A stretch of DNA of 63,884 nucleotides, the filler included, from Lenisia limosa (lineage: Eukaryota; Protista; Breviatea), in the NCBI GenBank assembly GCA_001655205.1. It is 17 parts of 17 records of this genome, joined end to end, with 100 filler letters (N's around TTAATTAATTAA, not from the genome) between each part and the next. Parts side by side here need not be neighbours in the genome. Positions count along the whole stretch, not along the records: positions 42,621 to 54,631 come from LPNZ01007912.1; positions 54,732 to 56,111 come from LPNZ01000473.1; positions 56,212 to 61,486 come from LPNZ01010901.1; positions 61,587 to 63,884 come from LPNZ01006213.1; 13 more parts are not named here. The stretch is one strand, 5' to 3'. Under the pieces are notes generated by a model. That model searched no databases. It had not been told where the DNA came from and saw nothing but the letters and a program-made list of their open reading frames with translations. A program made the position numbers and the translations under genes. Shown piece by piece: positions 53,041-63,884 of this stretch. Every line of letters starts with the position of its first letter. Within the stretch, counting starts at the first letter, position 1.

Positions 53041-54730
53041 CTAAAGGGATGGCACATCATCATGGAATCATCCTCTGGACCCCTAAATATCTATTACTTC
53101 TTATTTTTTGATGCACCCTTTTTCGAACGTACTGTATTACAAAACAATGATACTTCTTTATCCAATATCATATTATACATGTAATTATGAACATCTCTTA
53201 AGCTTGAGGTACATATATATGACAACTCTTGTATAAGGTCGAGCCCATGCCTGAAGTGGTCATGGTTTATGTTTCACTCCAGCCGACGCAATATCATCTG
53301 GCTAATGGGTAGAAGCAGATAGAAAGAAATACTTACCCGTTGTACGGATAACGGCTAACAAACTGCAAATTCCACAAACAACAGTTTCAAACTCTACTTC
53401 TCCAAGATTTCTGAAAAAAAGAATGAGTTTCTTGCATTAATACCCTCGAACCTCATCAAGATCGACATAGTTGCTCAAGAAGTCGGAAGAAATGAACGCT
53501 TTCATTCTAAAAAAACATTATCAGCGTGTCACTGCTCCCTCCACGCGCCAAGTGAGGCAAACTCAATATTCATTTTTTGGGATACTGAGCGGTTTCATAT
53601 TCAGAATATAACGTTGAGTAAAGCGTCAATATTTCAGATAAACCACAATGAAGGTAAATCTGTTGCCAATGCTAAACGGAGTAGACCTTTCTTGCATTGC
53701 AGAACCACGAGGGTTCAGCTTTGTATCTTCAATACTGACGGAAATAACTCTAGCGATGACAGTGGTGTGCCGGCGATACTCTGATTCACTTAGTCCCTTA
53801 AAAGGTCAATTAATATGCTGCGTTTTAGCAAGACATTTATAGGAATTCTGTCAAAACATGAAATTCGCATATTATATAGATTATTCGAGACAATTAATAA
53901 AGTAGACCCAACCTCATGAGGATGGTCCCAAAACTCGCTTGTTTTAATGAATGCAAAAGCATCTTTCAATCGGATGGCAAATGCTCCAAAGCTAAGATTA
54001 CGTTTTCAGACATTTCATTTTCTGTAAACTCAAATTGTTACAAAGGCAGTTTAATACTCAGGTAAGTGTGCCGTCATGGCGACAACATTTAATACTCAGG
54101 TAAGTGTGCCGTCATGGCGACAACACTCATCAAACTCACTTATTGTCAGGTGCACTAAATCCACAATTTTCATTTTTGATCAAAATCTAAATCCAAATTC
54201 CCAACACTTCCCAAGATTACATTTGGTTTAACCCACATACCTCAGTGATCTCATTAAGAAAGCTTTTTGGATTAACAATGAGGTTACAGATCATTCTGCA
54301 ATGTCAGTGTGCTATATAAATAAAACTAAAGGAATTTGAGTTATTTACGTCATAATTATCAAAAAAATCTATTGTCAAACGTTTATAATATCAATATTAT
54401 TGATGTTATATTTCTCTATCATCGAACATAAACTCATGGTCAAGAACTCATATTGAATCATTGATGGAAGGCTACGTGTCACCAGACAGCCACCACGTTC
54501 AACTTTGGTCTTCGCCTGAGTAGTAATTGTTGAGAAAAAAATTATACAATACGGATACCACTAGAAGCATACATATATGATATTATGAATTTTACTATGT
54601 ACTATATATATCTATATATAGTATATAATATNNNNNNNNNNNNNNNNNNNNNNNNNNNNNNNNNNNNNNNNNNNNTTAATTAATTAANNNNNNNNNNNNN
54701 NNNNNNNNNNNNNNNNNNNNNNNNNNNNNN

Positions 54731-56111
54731 NAACATGCATGTTATGACCATCAACGAACAGAATAATCGGGTTGCTAGGTGAACCATTCAATTCGGCAGA
54801 TATTTTCCTTAGAGTTCGGATGTACGTTTGAGTGTTCATAAGCCCCTTTTCAGTCACTCCCAGACATTGGTGGACGGAGACTTCATCATCTTTCTGTACT
54901 TCAGTGGATGGAGGATAGATCCTAAGATCATCATCAGGAATTGGAAATGATTTTGACCATCCAGGTAAATTCTTCGTGCACTTTTCATGAACTTCAGATT
55001 GTTTGAGACTGAGCTTTTCCCTATCAGTTAAATACGCTTCCTGGGTGATTTCCTCTCCTCCAATAACATAACAAGTAGGTTTCATCTCTCCAGCAAGAGA
55101 AATGACGGTTAAAGTGGAGGCCCTAGGCTTTCCTTCAAATCCCTCCAAAAGTGAAACAAATGATGTCTCATCTCCTGTCAAAACTCTCTTCGGATCAACA
55201 GTAACTGAAGGTATTGAGGAATCATAAGTTTGAAGCAGCTTCAAAGCACAAGACCAAATCTGTTGTCGTTTATTTGTTAGTAGCAGAGTATCCAGCTGTG
55301 TAAGTAACGCAGTCGTTTCGTCATTAAAATAAGCAATAGCATCAGTTTTAAACTCTTCGTTCTCAATGACTTGGTGAGGGTTCCAAATGGTAGCTAAGAA
55401 GTCAAATATAAAGATAAAATCAAACCTTTATTTCCATTATCGAGTTTATCACGAGCAGCATTTAAGCGAATTGTGATAATTTCTTCCATGGCGTAGAATA
55501 TGGACCAGTTTTTAGTCGCATCATTATCGGTTTTGGAATGGAATTTGATGAAGCGGAACGCTCGAAAAGCCTGATGAAGCATCCGCCCATTAATTGCAGT
55601 GTATTCAGGCTAAAATCAGTGAGTATTGAAATGAATCTACAAACCTGTGATGCCCTCCTTCTGTCATTGGTGAGACCTGATTTAACGGCTGCCTTCTTTT
55701 GTAGATCAAAAGCCTTTGTTCTGCTGATGGAAATATTCTTTGAGGCACCAATTTGCTTGATTGTCTCAGAGTCAACCACACCAGTCTAAGACGTTGAAAA
55801 CAAAAAAGGACAATGACACTTACTGTTCCATAGACTTCCTTGATATCATCTAAAATGGAGGACTCTTCTTCACATGTATGCTTCTTTTTTCTGCCAACAG
55901 AATGTCCAATAAGAGGAGTGATACCATTTTGATAATTTTCGTAACATCTTTTAAATTGAGTCTGAGGAATTTCAGGAAAGGCTTCTTTGCCACTGATCGT
56001 TTCGCCTCGATGATCAATGGGTGGAATATACTTACAAAAATCAATTTGCTTCACCTACGTTACAAATGTTAATTCAAACCTTCTTTACAGCATTTCCTGA
56101 GGAAGCCTCTG
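54731..56111 (-). mobile_element. Pogo/Tc5-type DDE_1 transposase gene with four very short introns (both ends truncated by gaps)
   Basis: N-terminal HTH-like EIPQTQFKRCYE..GRKKKHTCEEESSIL; catalytic RVLTGDETSF, STLTVISLAGEMKP, TEKGLMN and IILFVDGHNMH. The frame is open after removing GT-AG introns at 56055-56079, 55786-55823, 55610-55644 and 55394-55425. Confidence 0.85.
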
Positions 56112-56211
56112 NNNNNNNNNNNNNNNNNNNNNNNNNNNNNNNNNNNNNNNNNNNNTTAATTAATTAANNNNNNNNNNNNNNNNNNNNNNNNNNNNNNNNN
56201 NNNNNNNNNNN

Positions 56212-58200
56212 GGTGTGCGTAGTCCAGGCCATGTCATGGGAAACCTTGCGGTATCTGAAGTCGGTGAATAGCGGTCAACAACTGTCCACTTGCTTCCCTC
56301 ATTTGGCCAATAATACCCCTCACCTGACAACGATCCACTTGCCATCGGGTGACACGGAGTAGTCGTCCTCGCCGCCGAAGGGGGGGACGGGCACGTCGCC
56401 TTCAACATTGATGGAGCGGGGGTCGGCCTGGGGGGTAAAATTCGAAATGAAACACAAAAAGCCCAAATCAACTCCGTTGGCTGACAACACACAGGGATAA
56501 CAACAAAACAAACAAAGGCCAGGCCAGTCGCTTCTGNNNNNNNNNNNNNNNNNNNNNNNNNNNNNNNNNNNNNNNNNNNNNNNNNNNNNNNNNNNNNNNN
56601 NNNNNNNNNNNNNNNNNNNNNNNNNNNNNNNNNNNNNNNNNNTTCTGAAACTCCAAACAAAAAACAAAAACAAAAAAACATAGTGAACAGAGAAAGTTAG
56701 GAACCATGACTATTAGAGGAGGGGTGAAATGAAACTTTGAACCCTGTGAGCATCAAGATAGCATAGCCACGTATCCATCCTTCTTCAACTATTATTTGAA
56801 TAAATCATTAACAATTCCAAAAGCTTGAACAATGACGAAACCAGCCCATTAACCCACCTTGCCGTTGCCGTAGTAGACCTTAGAGAATACACCAGGGGTT
56901 TCCCAGGTGTCCCAATGACGAATGAAGAGCTGACTGAAGGGGGGAAGTGAGCATAAGAAAAACAGTTTTCCACATGCGAAAAAGCAAACTGGGATAGTGG
57001 AATATATGGTGAAATTGCCAACTCGAAAATCTGGGCAGTGGAAGCATTGGGCTCAATGTCTGCCTTAGCAGTAGCAGCAAAAACTGCGGAGGGGTAAGAT
57101 ATATATATGTACATTATGAAAATAAAAAAAAATCTAATGTGTTATCGAAGATTGGCCTTAACAATCTCATGTCCTCAGGAACCGTTCGGGTACACAAATT
57201 TGACGTAAATTTACGTAATAATTGTAAATTTCGCATTCAGGTTCCCAAAAATTGTAAATTTACGAATTTACCTCCTCTTGAGTACGTACTTAAAATACGT
57301 CAATTTTTATATAATTTTTTTACACAAATTTACGTACAATCTGCGTTCCCTATATCACCAAAAATTGCAACATCACCTTCAATGATGTCCCCTCCAACCT
57401 CCACCGTTGTACTTGAAAGTTGAAATCTCATACGGAGCAACAAAGACCTTTTCAGCCTTTCCTAAGATAANNNNNNNNNNNNNNNNNNNNNNNNNNNNNN
57501 NNNNNNNNNNNNNNNNNNNNNNNNNNTTGACGTTGAGTCTGAAGATGGCGTTACCTTCAGCGTAAAGAACATCAGCCTCACTGATCATCTGGACTGAACC
57601 GCACTGGTGGGGTTATTATATAACAATATTATTTTAAGAACATTTGTCGAACACGTGGTGAGATTCCCCTTACAGTCTTGGAAATGTTCTCTTCCACAAA
57701 GTAGGCATCATTTGTATGGATGAAGAGAGTTGGTTCCCTCTTTCCTGGGCCAACCTGAATGTGTTATTGCTGACAGATATGACCAGGTGGGGTATGCGTC
57801 AAGTACGCGTCCTCTGCCAACGGACCAGACAAATGGGAAGAGAAGATAGGACAATTCCTCCAATATTGTTCCAATACAAGATCCAAGATCCCCCTTCATC
57901 TTCCCTACGCCTACAAGCTTATGGGAAGCCATAAAAGCAACGCTGTCCCCGAAAGAAGAGGCGGCACCAACTCGGTTCTAGAAGGAAATGAGGTCGCCAA
58001 AATTTCTTTGGGCTGGCATAAATTAGCAATAAAATGATCCTATTAAGATATTTCCGCAAACAAACAAGGAAGAACACCCCTCATACAATCTCTTTGGCGA
58101 GAATTTCACCAGTCAGAGGCTTGGAGGCCACAAGGGCACACGCAAGTGCAAGTAGTAAAAACAACAACTTTGAAAGCATAGTCCTCACTGAAAGTGGCAT
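56212..58200 (-). CDS. dpp5: Secreted dipeptidyl peptidase V-like S9 peptidase (N-terminal half)
   Basis: Signal peptide MLSKLLFLLLALACALVASKPLT; QLFIRHWDTW; DVPVPPFGGEDDYSVSPDGKWIV; HDMAWTTHT. Confidence 0.85.
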
Positions 58201-58482
58201 TTTGAGATTTTTTTTCTTTATAAAGAAACTACACGGAGCCGGGCAGAGCCGTAGGTATGACGTGTTTCTTTCCGAGACATGTCAGCATATGACAATTTTC
58301 AGAAATTTAACAAGCATCCAATAAAGCTCTATTACAGAACACTGTATACAACTGTAGATATAGAAGTTATTTGTTTTGAAAGTATCGACTTTAGTGCGAT
58401 GGAAAGATTTTTATAGGCAAATTATTGATATTAGCTGGATAACTGAATAATAAAGCTTGAATTACCACAATATGGAGTAAGA

Positions 58483-61340
58483 TGGGTATTACTAGGCAGG
58501 CAGAACGGAGCAACATTGCCTCATTTTAGTTGATTGTCTCTTCTTACGAAACTTAGAGCTGTACCAAACCCTGATCTCACGGCAGCTGAGGCAGAGGCCT
58601 TGGATAGGAAACACCAACAAAGAAAAAACGAATGTTGGTGTTTTCTCTGATTTGTAGTCGCCTCTAATTTGATCTAGGTGTCCTTCTAAAATGCCAATGT
58701 TGTTCAATGAACTTATCAGACGAACTGAGAATCAAATGCATGGAGTGTGATGATGTTTTACTTTGCATCAACTGCCTGCGAACAGGAAAGGAGATGTACA
58801 ACCATAAGAAAACGCATAAATATCAAGTTCTGGTTTGCATTGGGAATGGCAATTTGCTTTAGCCTCGTTTTTTTTTTAACTTATTCTCTAGAACCCTCTC
58901 AAAGAGCCTCTCTTCAGCCCGGAGTGGAAAGGCAACGAAGAGGCCTACCTTATCGAGGGTATCCACCTTTACGGCATTGGCAACTGGCAAGATGTCGCTG
59001 GTCTGTGGAGTGATCGCATTTTCGGGATGTTCAATACACCAAGGTTTAATATGTGGCTGTGGCCTTTTATTTAATGAGCAGCCTAGCTTGGGGTGAATGG
59101 GGGTCGCCATTTTGACATTGTTTGCTTGAGGCTTCTTGCTCCTCTCTCTCTCTTCTCCAAGTTCGCCTGAGATATTGACATTAACACACTCAAGGGAGGA
59201 TATTTTACCGGAGAGATGATTCTATAGCAATGTGTAGTGTAGTGTCACCTTGATGGTATTTCCTCCGTTCCTTCTCTTTGCGCGCCTTTTTTCTGTTTCG
59301 TGTTCTCGGAGCCTTACGGTTGATTGGTTGTTTTGTGTGTTGGCTGAATATTCACAACTAACTTCCTTGCTTTTTTTGGTTGTTTTTGCTTTGTTGGGTT
59401 GATAGAATGTTCATACCCCTCTCCATTTCCTCCCGGTTTTTTTTTTTTTTTCNNNNNNNNNNNNNNNNNNNNNNNNNNNNNNNNNNNNNNNNNNNNNNNN
59501 NNNNNNNNNNNNNTATGAAATGCTATGAAATGGACTCTTCTCCGCTCACAACCCAGTGCACATCGGGTCCAAGACGAAGGAGGAGGCGGAGGACCACTTC
59601 AACAAGGCCTATCTCGGCATCGAGCAGGAGGGGCTGCGTCTGCCTGAAATGGTAGGCCATTGGCAGTGGTACTTAGGGAGCATTCTTGGCTGTCCTAAGC
59701 CAATCATGAAGGGATATTGTATTATATTTCCCTGCTCACCCTCCAGAGCCCCGTGTACCCCCAAGGACTCCGACAGTCGATGATGGTATGTTGCTGTAAA
59801 CAAGCTTTTGCATCCAAATGAAACAGGATCGATGTTTACCCAGCAACACATTTTGATATCACTCTTCAGACCACTCGCTCAGTTGCCGAAGTTGCCGGCT
59901 TCAATGTGTTTCGCGGCGACTTTGAGTCCGAGTACAAGGAGTTCGCTGAATTGGTGGGAGCCGTTTCTATTAGTGAAACTTTAAGATAATTGTCTGGAAT
60001 ATTATGATGACGTCTTCGACCAGATTTTTTTTTTTTTTTTTTTTTTTTTNNNNNNNNNNNNNNNNNNNNNNNNNNNNNNNNNNNNNNNNNNNNNCACGAG
60101 CACGACACCCCCCAGCTTCATGGTAGGATTCTCTGCTGCATGTTAGATCAAAGGAATATTTCACCAATTTCCATTATGCTGAATACTACTCCACCAGAAT
60201 CTTGTGACACTACAAGCATATCATCCCCTCATTCGAGTAGAAGCGAAGATGCGTGCCTACGAGGGCTACAACCACGTTTTAGAAGAGAGGAATCTCAGGA
60301 AGAAACTCATGTTTGACGTCGGAATTGCCGATAGAAATAGAGTGGGGGGGGGGGGGNNNNNNNNNNNNNNNNNNNNNNNNNNNNNNNNNNNNNNNNNNNN
60401 NNNNNNNNNNNNNNNNNNNTTCCGGTGACTTTTTAGATGAAGTACTTTGGCGCTCCAAACAACAAAGAAAACGTTTGTAGTGGTCCTCTCAATCCCATCC
60501 TTTCTCCCACCCTCCCTCCTCCTTTCCTCTGTTTTTATGTACCTCGTATAGTATGAATTCATACAGCTATTCTTATCTATTGTTTGATTGACCCTTAGAA
60601 GGACACTGTCTCACAAGGCAAACTCTGCCCGGTCCTCCGCTTCCTTGATGCGCAAAAGTACCTTAAGGTGGGTTGGGCGGAGTACCAATCATGATATGAT
60701 TAATACATCGTGTACATTTGATATACTTCTCAAATTGGACCCTATCGGGCACAAATCATCGATTCTCCTGTTTCGCACATCACAACTGATTTCTTCAGCT
60801 CTATCAGTCCATTATTGACGCGAACCACTGGCAGATTGAGGTATGGGGGGGGGGGGACCAGGCGTTTCTGATGGCCTTTTATGCTATCTCTTCGTTTTGT
60901 TTTGTCTTTCAAGCCATGGTCGATGTGTGCACTGCGGATATTTTGGGTCTATTTCCCCGATGTGTGTATGAGTTCTCTGCTAATTACTTACTTATCAAAT
61001 GGGCCTTCGGAAAGCTCTTCTGTGGTTTTTCCTTAACCCCAACAGGGCGAGTTTTTTGAAGAACAGCGAGGCAAGGGCTGTGAAACAATGAAGGAAACTG
61101 CAGATTACAATAAACACGTAGCGGTGGGGAGGGGGGGGGGTAGTAAAACAGACATTCCAACGTTAAATACTTCTAAGAGAACAATTTCAAGGTGTAGCTT
61201 GGAACTTTTTTTGGGGTCAAGTGTTGAACAAAATGTCATCATCTGAAAACACAATCACGATTAACTATTCAGAGAGGCATCCGCCTTGTTTTCGAGGAGA
61301 AGCATCGTGACCTCAACCAAAAAGGCCGACTTTACAAACA
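58483..61340 (+). CDS. ADA2: Transcriptional adaptor Ada2 (SAGA complex); start and end approximate
   Basis: ZZ finger KCQCCSMNLSDELRIKCMECDDVLLCINC..HKKTHKY; SANT WSGKATK..YLIEGIHLYGIGNWQDVA..HIGSKTKEEAEDHF; AGFNVFRGDFESEY; YNHVLEERNLRKK. Confidence 0.92.
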
Positions 61341-61689
61341 GTCAAATCTCACTGACATCCCTGGTGAGGGGTCTTTTTGTCCTATAGTTTGAGAAATTTG
61401 GTCTGATCTGAGACGGCATCCTCAACAGTGTCCTTATACGGGTACTGAAAGGATCGGTAAACTTTCAAAAAATATCGATGATTTATNNNNNNNNNNNNNN
61501 NNNNNNNNNNNNNNNNNNNNNNNNNNNNNNTTAATTAATTAANNNNNNNNNNNNNNNNNNNNNNNNNNNNNNNNNNNNNNNNNNNNTGTATATAGTGTAT
61601 AGAATTACATGGGGGGGACTATATAATAATATATATAGATATATAATAATGTTATATAGTATATTATATAGTATATGTAGTATATTATT

Positions 61690-61861
61690 ATGTTGTATAT
61701 ATAGTGTATGTATGTAAATACATATGTATATATGTATGTATATATGTATGTATATGTGTATGTATGTATATATGTATGTATATGTGTATGTATGTATATA
61801 TGTATATGTATATGTATGTATAGTATGTATATGTATGTATATGTATATATATATATATATA
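61690..61861. repeat. (TATG/TA)n microsatellite
   Basis: Run of TATGTA/TATA units seen directly. Confidence 0.9.
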
Positions 61862-63130
61862 CCAGATTGTACACAATATAAATAAGTAAAAAATGACTTG
61901 GCAAACCTGGCACACTTGGCAGAGATATATAAATATAAATATATATAAATATATACCAGAATACACACAATATAAATGAATACAAAATGACTTGGCAAAC
62001 CTGGCACACTTGGCAGAGATATATAAATATAAATATACAAATATTTACCAGAATGTACACAATATAAATGAGTACAAAATGACCTGGCAAACCTGGCAGA
62101 CTTGGCAGAGTGGTGACGTCATGATATCATCAAATATATATACTAAAGTATATAAGTACCCCAGAGTTTATAAATTGTATAAATATAAATATATACAAAT
62201 ATATACCAGAATGTACACAATATAAATGAGTACAAAATGACTTGGCAAACCTGGCAGACTTGGCAGAGTGGTGACGTCATGATATCATCATATATTATGC
62301 ACTAAAGTATATAAGTACCCCAGAGTATATAAAGTGTAAAAATATATATAAACCAGAATGTACACAATATAAATGAGTACAAAATGACTTGGCAAACCTG
62401 GCAGACTTGGCAGAGTGGTGACGTCATGATATCATCAAATATATATACTAAAGTATATAAGTACCCCAGAGTATATAAAGTGTATAAATATATATAAATA
62501 TATATTACCAGAATGTACACAATATAAATGAGTACAAAATGACCTGGCAAACCTGGCAGACTTGGCAGAGTGGTGACGTCATGATATCATCATATATTAT
62601 ACTAAAGTATATAAGTACCCCAGAGTATATAAATTGTATAAATATAAATATATACAAATATATACCAGAATGTACACAATATAAATGAGTACAAAATGAC
62701 TTGGCAAACCTGGCAGACTTGGCAGAGTGGTGACGTCATGATATCATCATATAATATATACTAAAGTATATAAGTACCCCAGTATATCTAGATACAAATT
62801 TTTAAATATATACCAGAATACACACAATATAAATAAGTAAAAAATGACTTGGCAAACCTGGCATACTTGGCAGAGATATATAAAAATAAATATACACAAA
62901 TATACCAGAATGTACACAATATAAATGAGTACAAAATGACCTGGCAAACCTGGCAGACTNNNNNNNNNNTTGGTGACGTCATGATATCATCATATATTAT
63001 ATACTAAAGTATATAAGTACTCCAGAGTATATATAAATATATATCAGAAAACACACAATATATATGTACAAGTACAAAATGACTTGGCAAACCTGGCAGT
63101 CTTGGCAGAGGGCAAGTTGGTGACGTCAGG
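61862..63130. repeat. Composite tandem array, 10 units of ~92 or ~150-160 bp
   Basis: The core AAATGAC(T/C)TGGCAAACCTGGCA(G/C)ACTTGGCAGAG occurs 10 times. Long units add TGGTGACGTCATGATATCATC..CTAAAGTATATAAGTACCCCAG. Confidence 0.95.
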
Positions 63131-63350
63131 TCCTCGGTTATACTCTTTTAAGTCTGTGTTGCCAGTGTTCCTGTAGTGTGCTATGCAGAGTTACTGGCTA
63201 AAACTATTTTTGTTATTCTCGCTAATTGGCAGCCGTGTATGAATTTGAGGAAGTAGATAAAAGATATATAACACAGGAAGGATAACAGGATAACAGGCTT
63301 AGGGCAACGGTCGGGGAGGGGGGGGGGCTGTGGCGTTGCCGTTCAATAAG

Positions 63351-63884
63351 CTAGACCTCGAGGACGGGCAAGGGTTGGCTGGCCTGTGGGGTGGTTAGAA
63401 CGAAACCAGCAAAAACAAAGAAAAAAAAAAGTATAAACACCCAGCCACCAAAGATGAAGGTGACAGTACCTTGTCCGTGACGGACTCTTGCGTGCAGGAC
63501 GGTGGAGTGGTGGCGGCAATAGTCAAATCTGGAGAAGACTGTGGGGTGTTAGCAGGGTAAACGAGGCGGCGTTATGATGTTGGTGTTTTTTTGCTTACAG
63601 GTTGAATGAAGGCGTCGTCGTCGTCGTCAATGCCGCTTGACAAGTCAGCAGTCGCAAGGTCGTTGGCCTGTGGCGTGGTTAGCGTGAGGGAAGCCAAGAG
63701 GGCGGCGAGAGCATACCGGTGGCGGGGGAACGGGGCGGTCTGGGCTGGCCGGTGACTTGCGCTTTAGCGGCTTGGCGGTGGCGGCCATGGCGGAGACGCT
63801 GGCGACGGAGCCCGTAGTCTTTGCAAGGAGGTGGCGTCGGACGGCGGTGAGGGCAAGGCCGCGGAGGCTGGCAGAAGCTTGAAA
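63351..63884 (-). CDS. 3' end of a GC-rich spliced gene of unknown function
   Basis: Exons at 63884-63717, 63667-63599, 63538-63470 and 63383-63351 (TAG) are joined by phase-0 GT-AG introns, reading ..HLLAKTTGSVASVS..PVPPPP|ANDLATADLSSGIDDDDDAFIQP|SSPDLT..TDK|ASQPLPVLEV*. Confidence 0.65.

Noticed and set aside
53010-53110. HUH (Rep/Helitron) motif in GMAHHHGIILW
   Set aside because: It is not in the frame implied by the upstream splice junction, and no other Rep motifs or catalytic Tyr motif were found.
6328-61542. Recurrent TTAATTAATTAA as a biological motif, and gene clustering across it
   Set aside because: It is always inside N runs and has stops in six frames, so it is an assembly or concatenation linker. 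Neighbourhoods across it are not evidence of operons or clusters.
61531-62982. Tyr/Ile-rich ORFs over the terminal repeats
   Set aside because: They are translations of microsatellite and tandem-repeat DNA.
61862-63130. CRISPR array
   Set aside because: The intervening segments are near-identical to each other rather than unique spacers, units vary modularly, there are no cas genes, and the context is eukaryotic.

Overview
Eukaryotic draft-genome sequence, not a continuous locus. It consists of about 17 short gapped scaffolds joined by an artificial N-TTAATTAATTAA-N six-frame-stop linker, so adjacency across linkers carries no biological meaning. The DNA is AT-rich and intron-dense (GT-AG, standard code). 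It probably comes from a flagellated protist, because an axonemal outer-arm-type dynein heavy chain is present. Recognisable gene fragments, assembled by hand from exons: SCAPER-like, a multi-pass membrane protein, UBE2H/Ubc8, an FHA plus Pro-rich protein, a Vps4_C-type AAA C-terminus, DDB1, RBM28/Nop4, dynein heavy chain, a >30-exon Pro/Gln-repeat protein, a secreted S9 dipeptidyl peptidase (DPP5-like) and Ada2. Mobile DNA includes Tc1 remnants, an apparently intact pogo-type DDE transposase with 25-38 nt introns, several MITE families (TA- and TTAA-flanked) and a composite tandem array. The most unusual signals are (1) a dispersed ~130 bp repeat that sits at or near intron 3' ends in the sense orientation in many unrelated genes (introner-like), and (2) a pervasive architecture of G-runs at the 5' end and C-runs at the 3' end of introns. 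Exon boundaries were read by eye and many coordinates are approximate.
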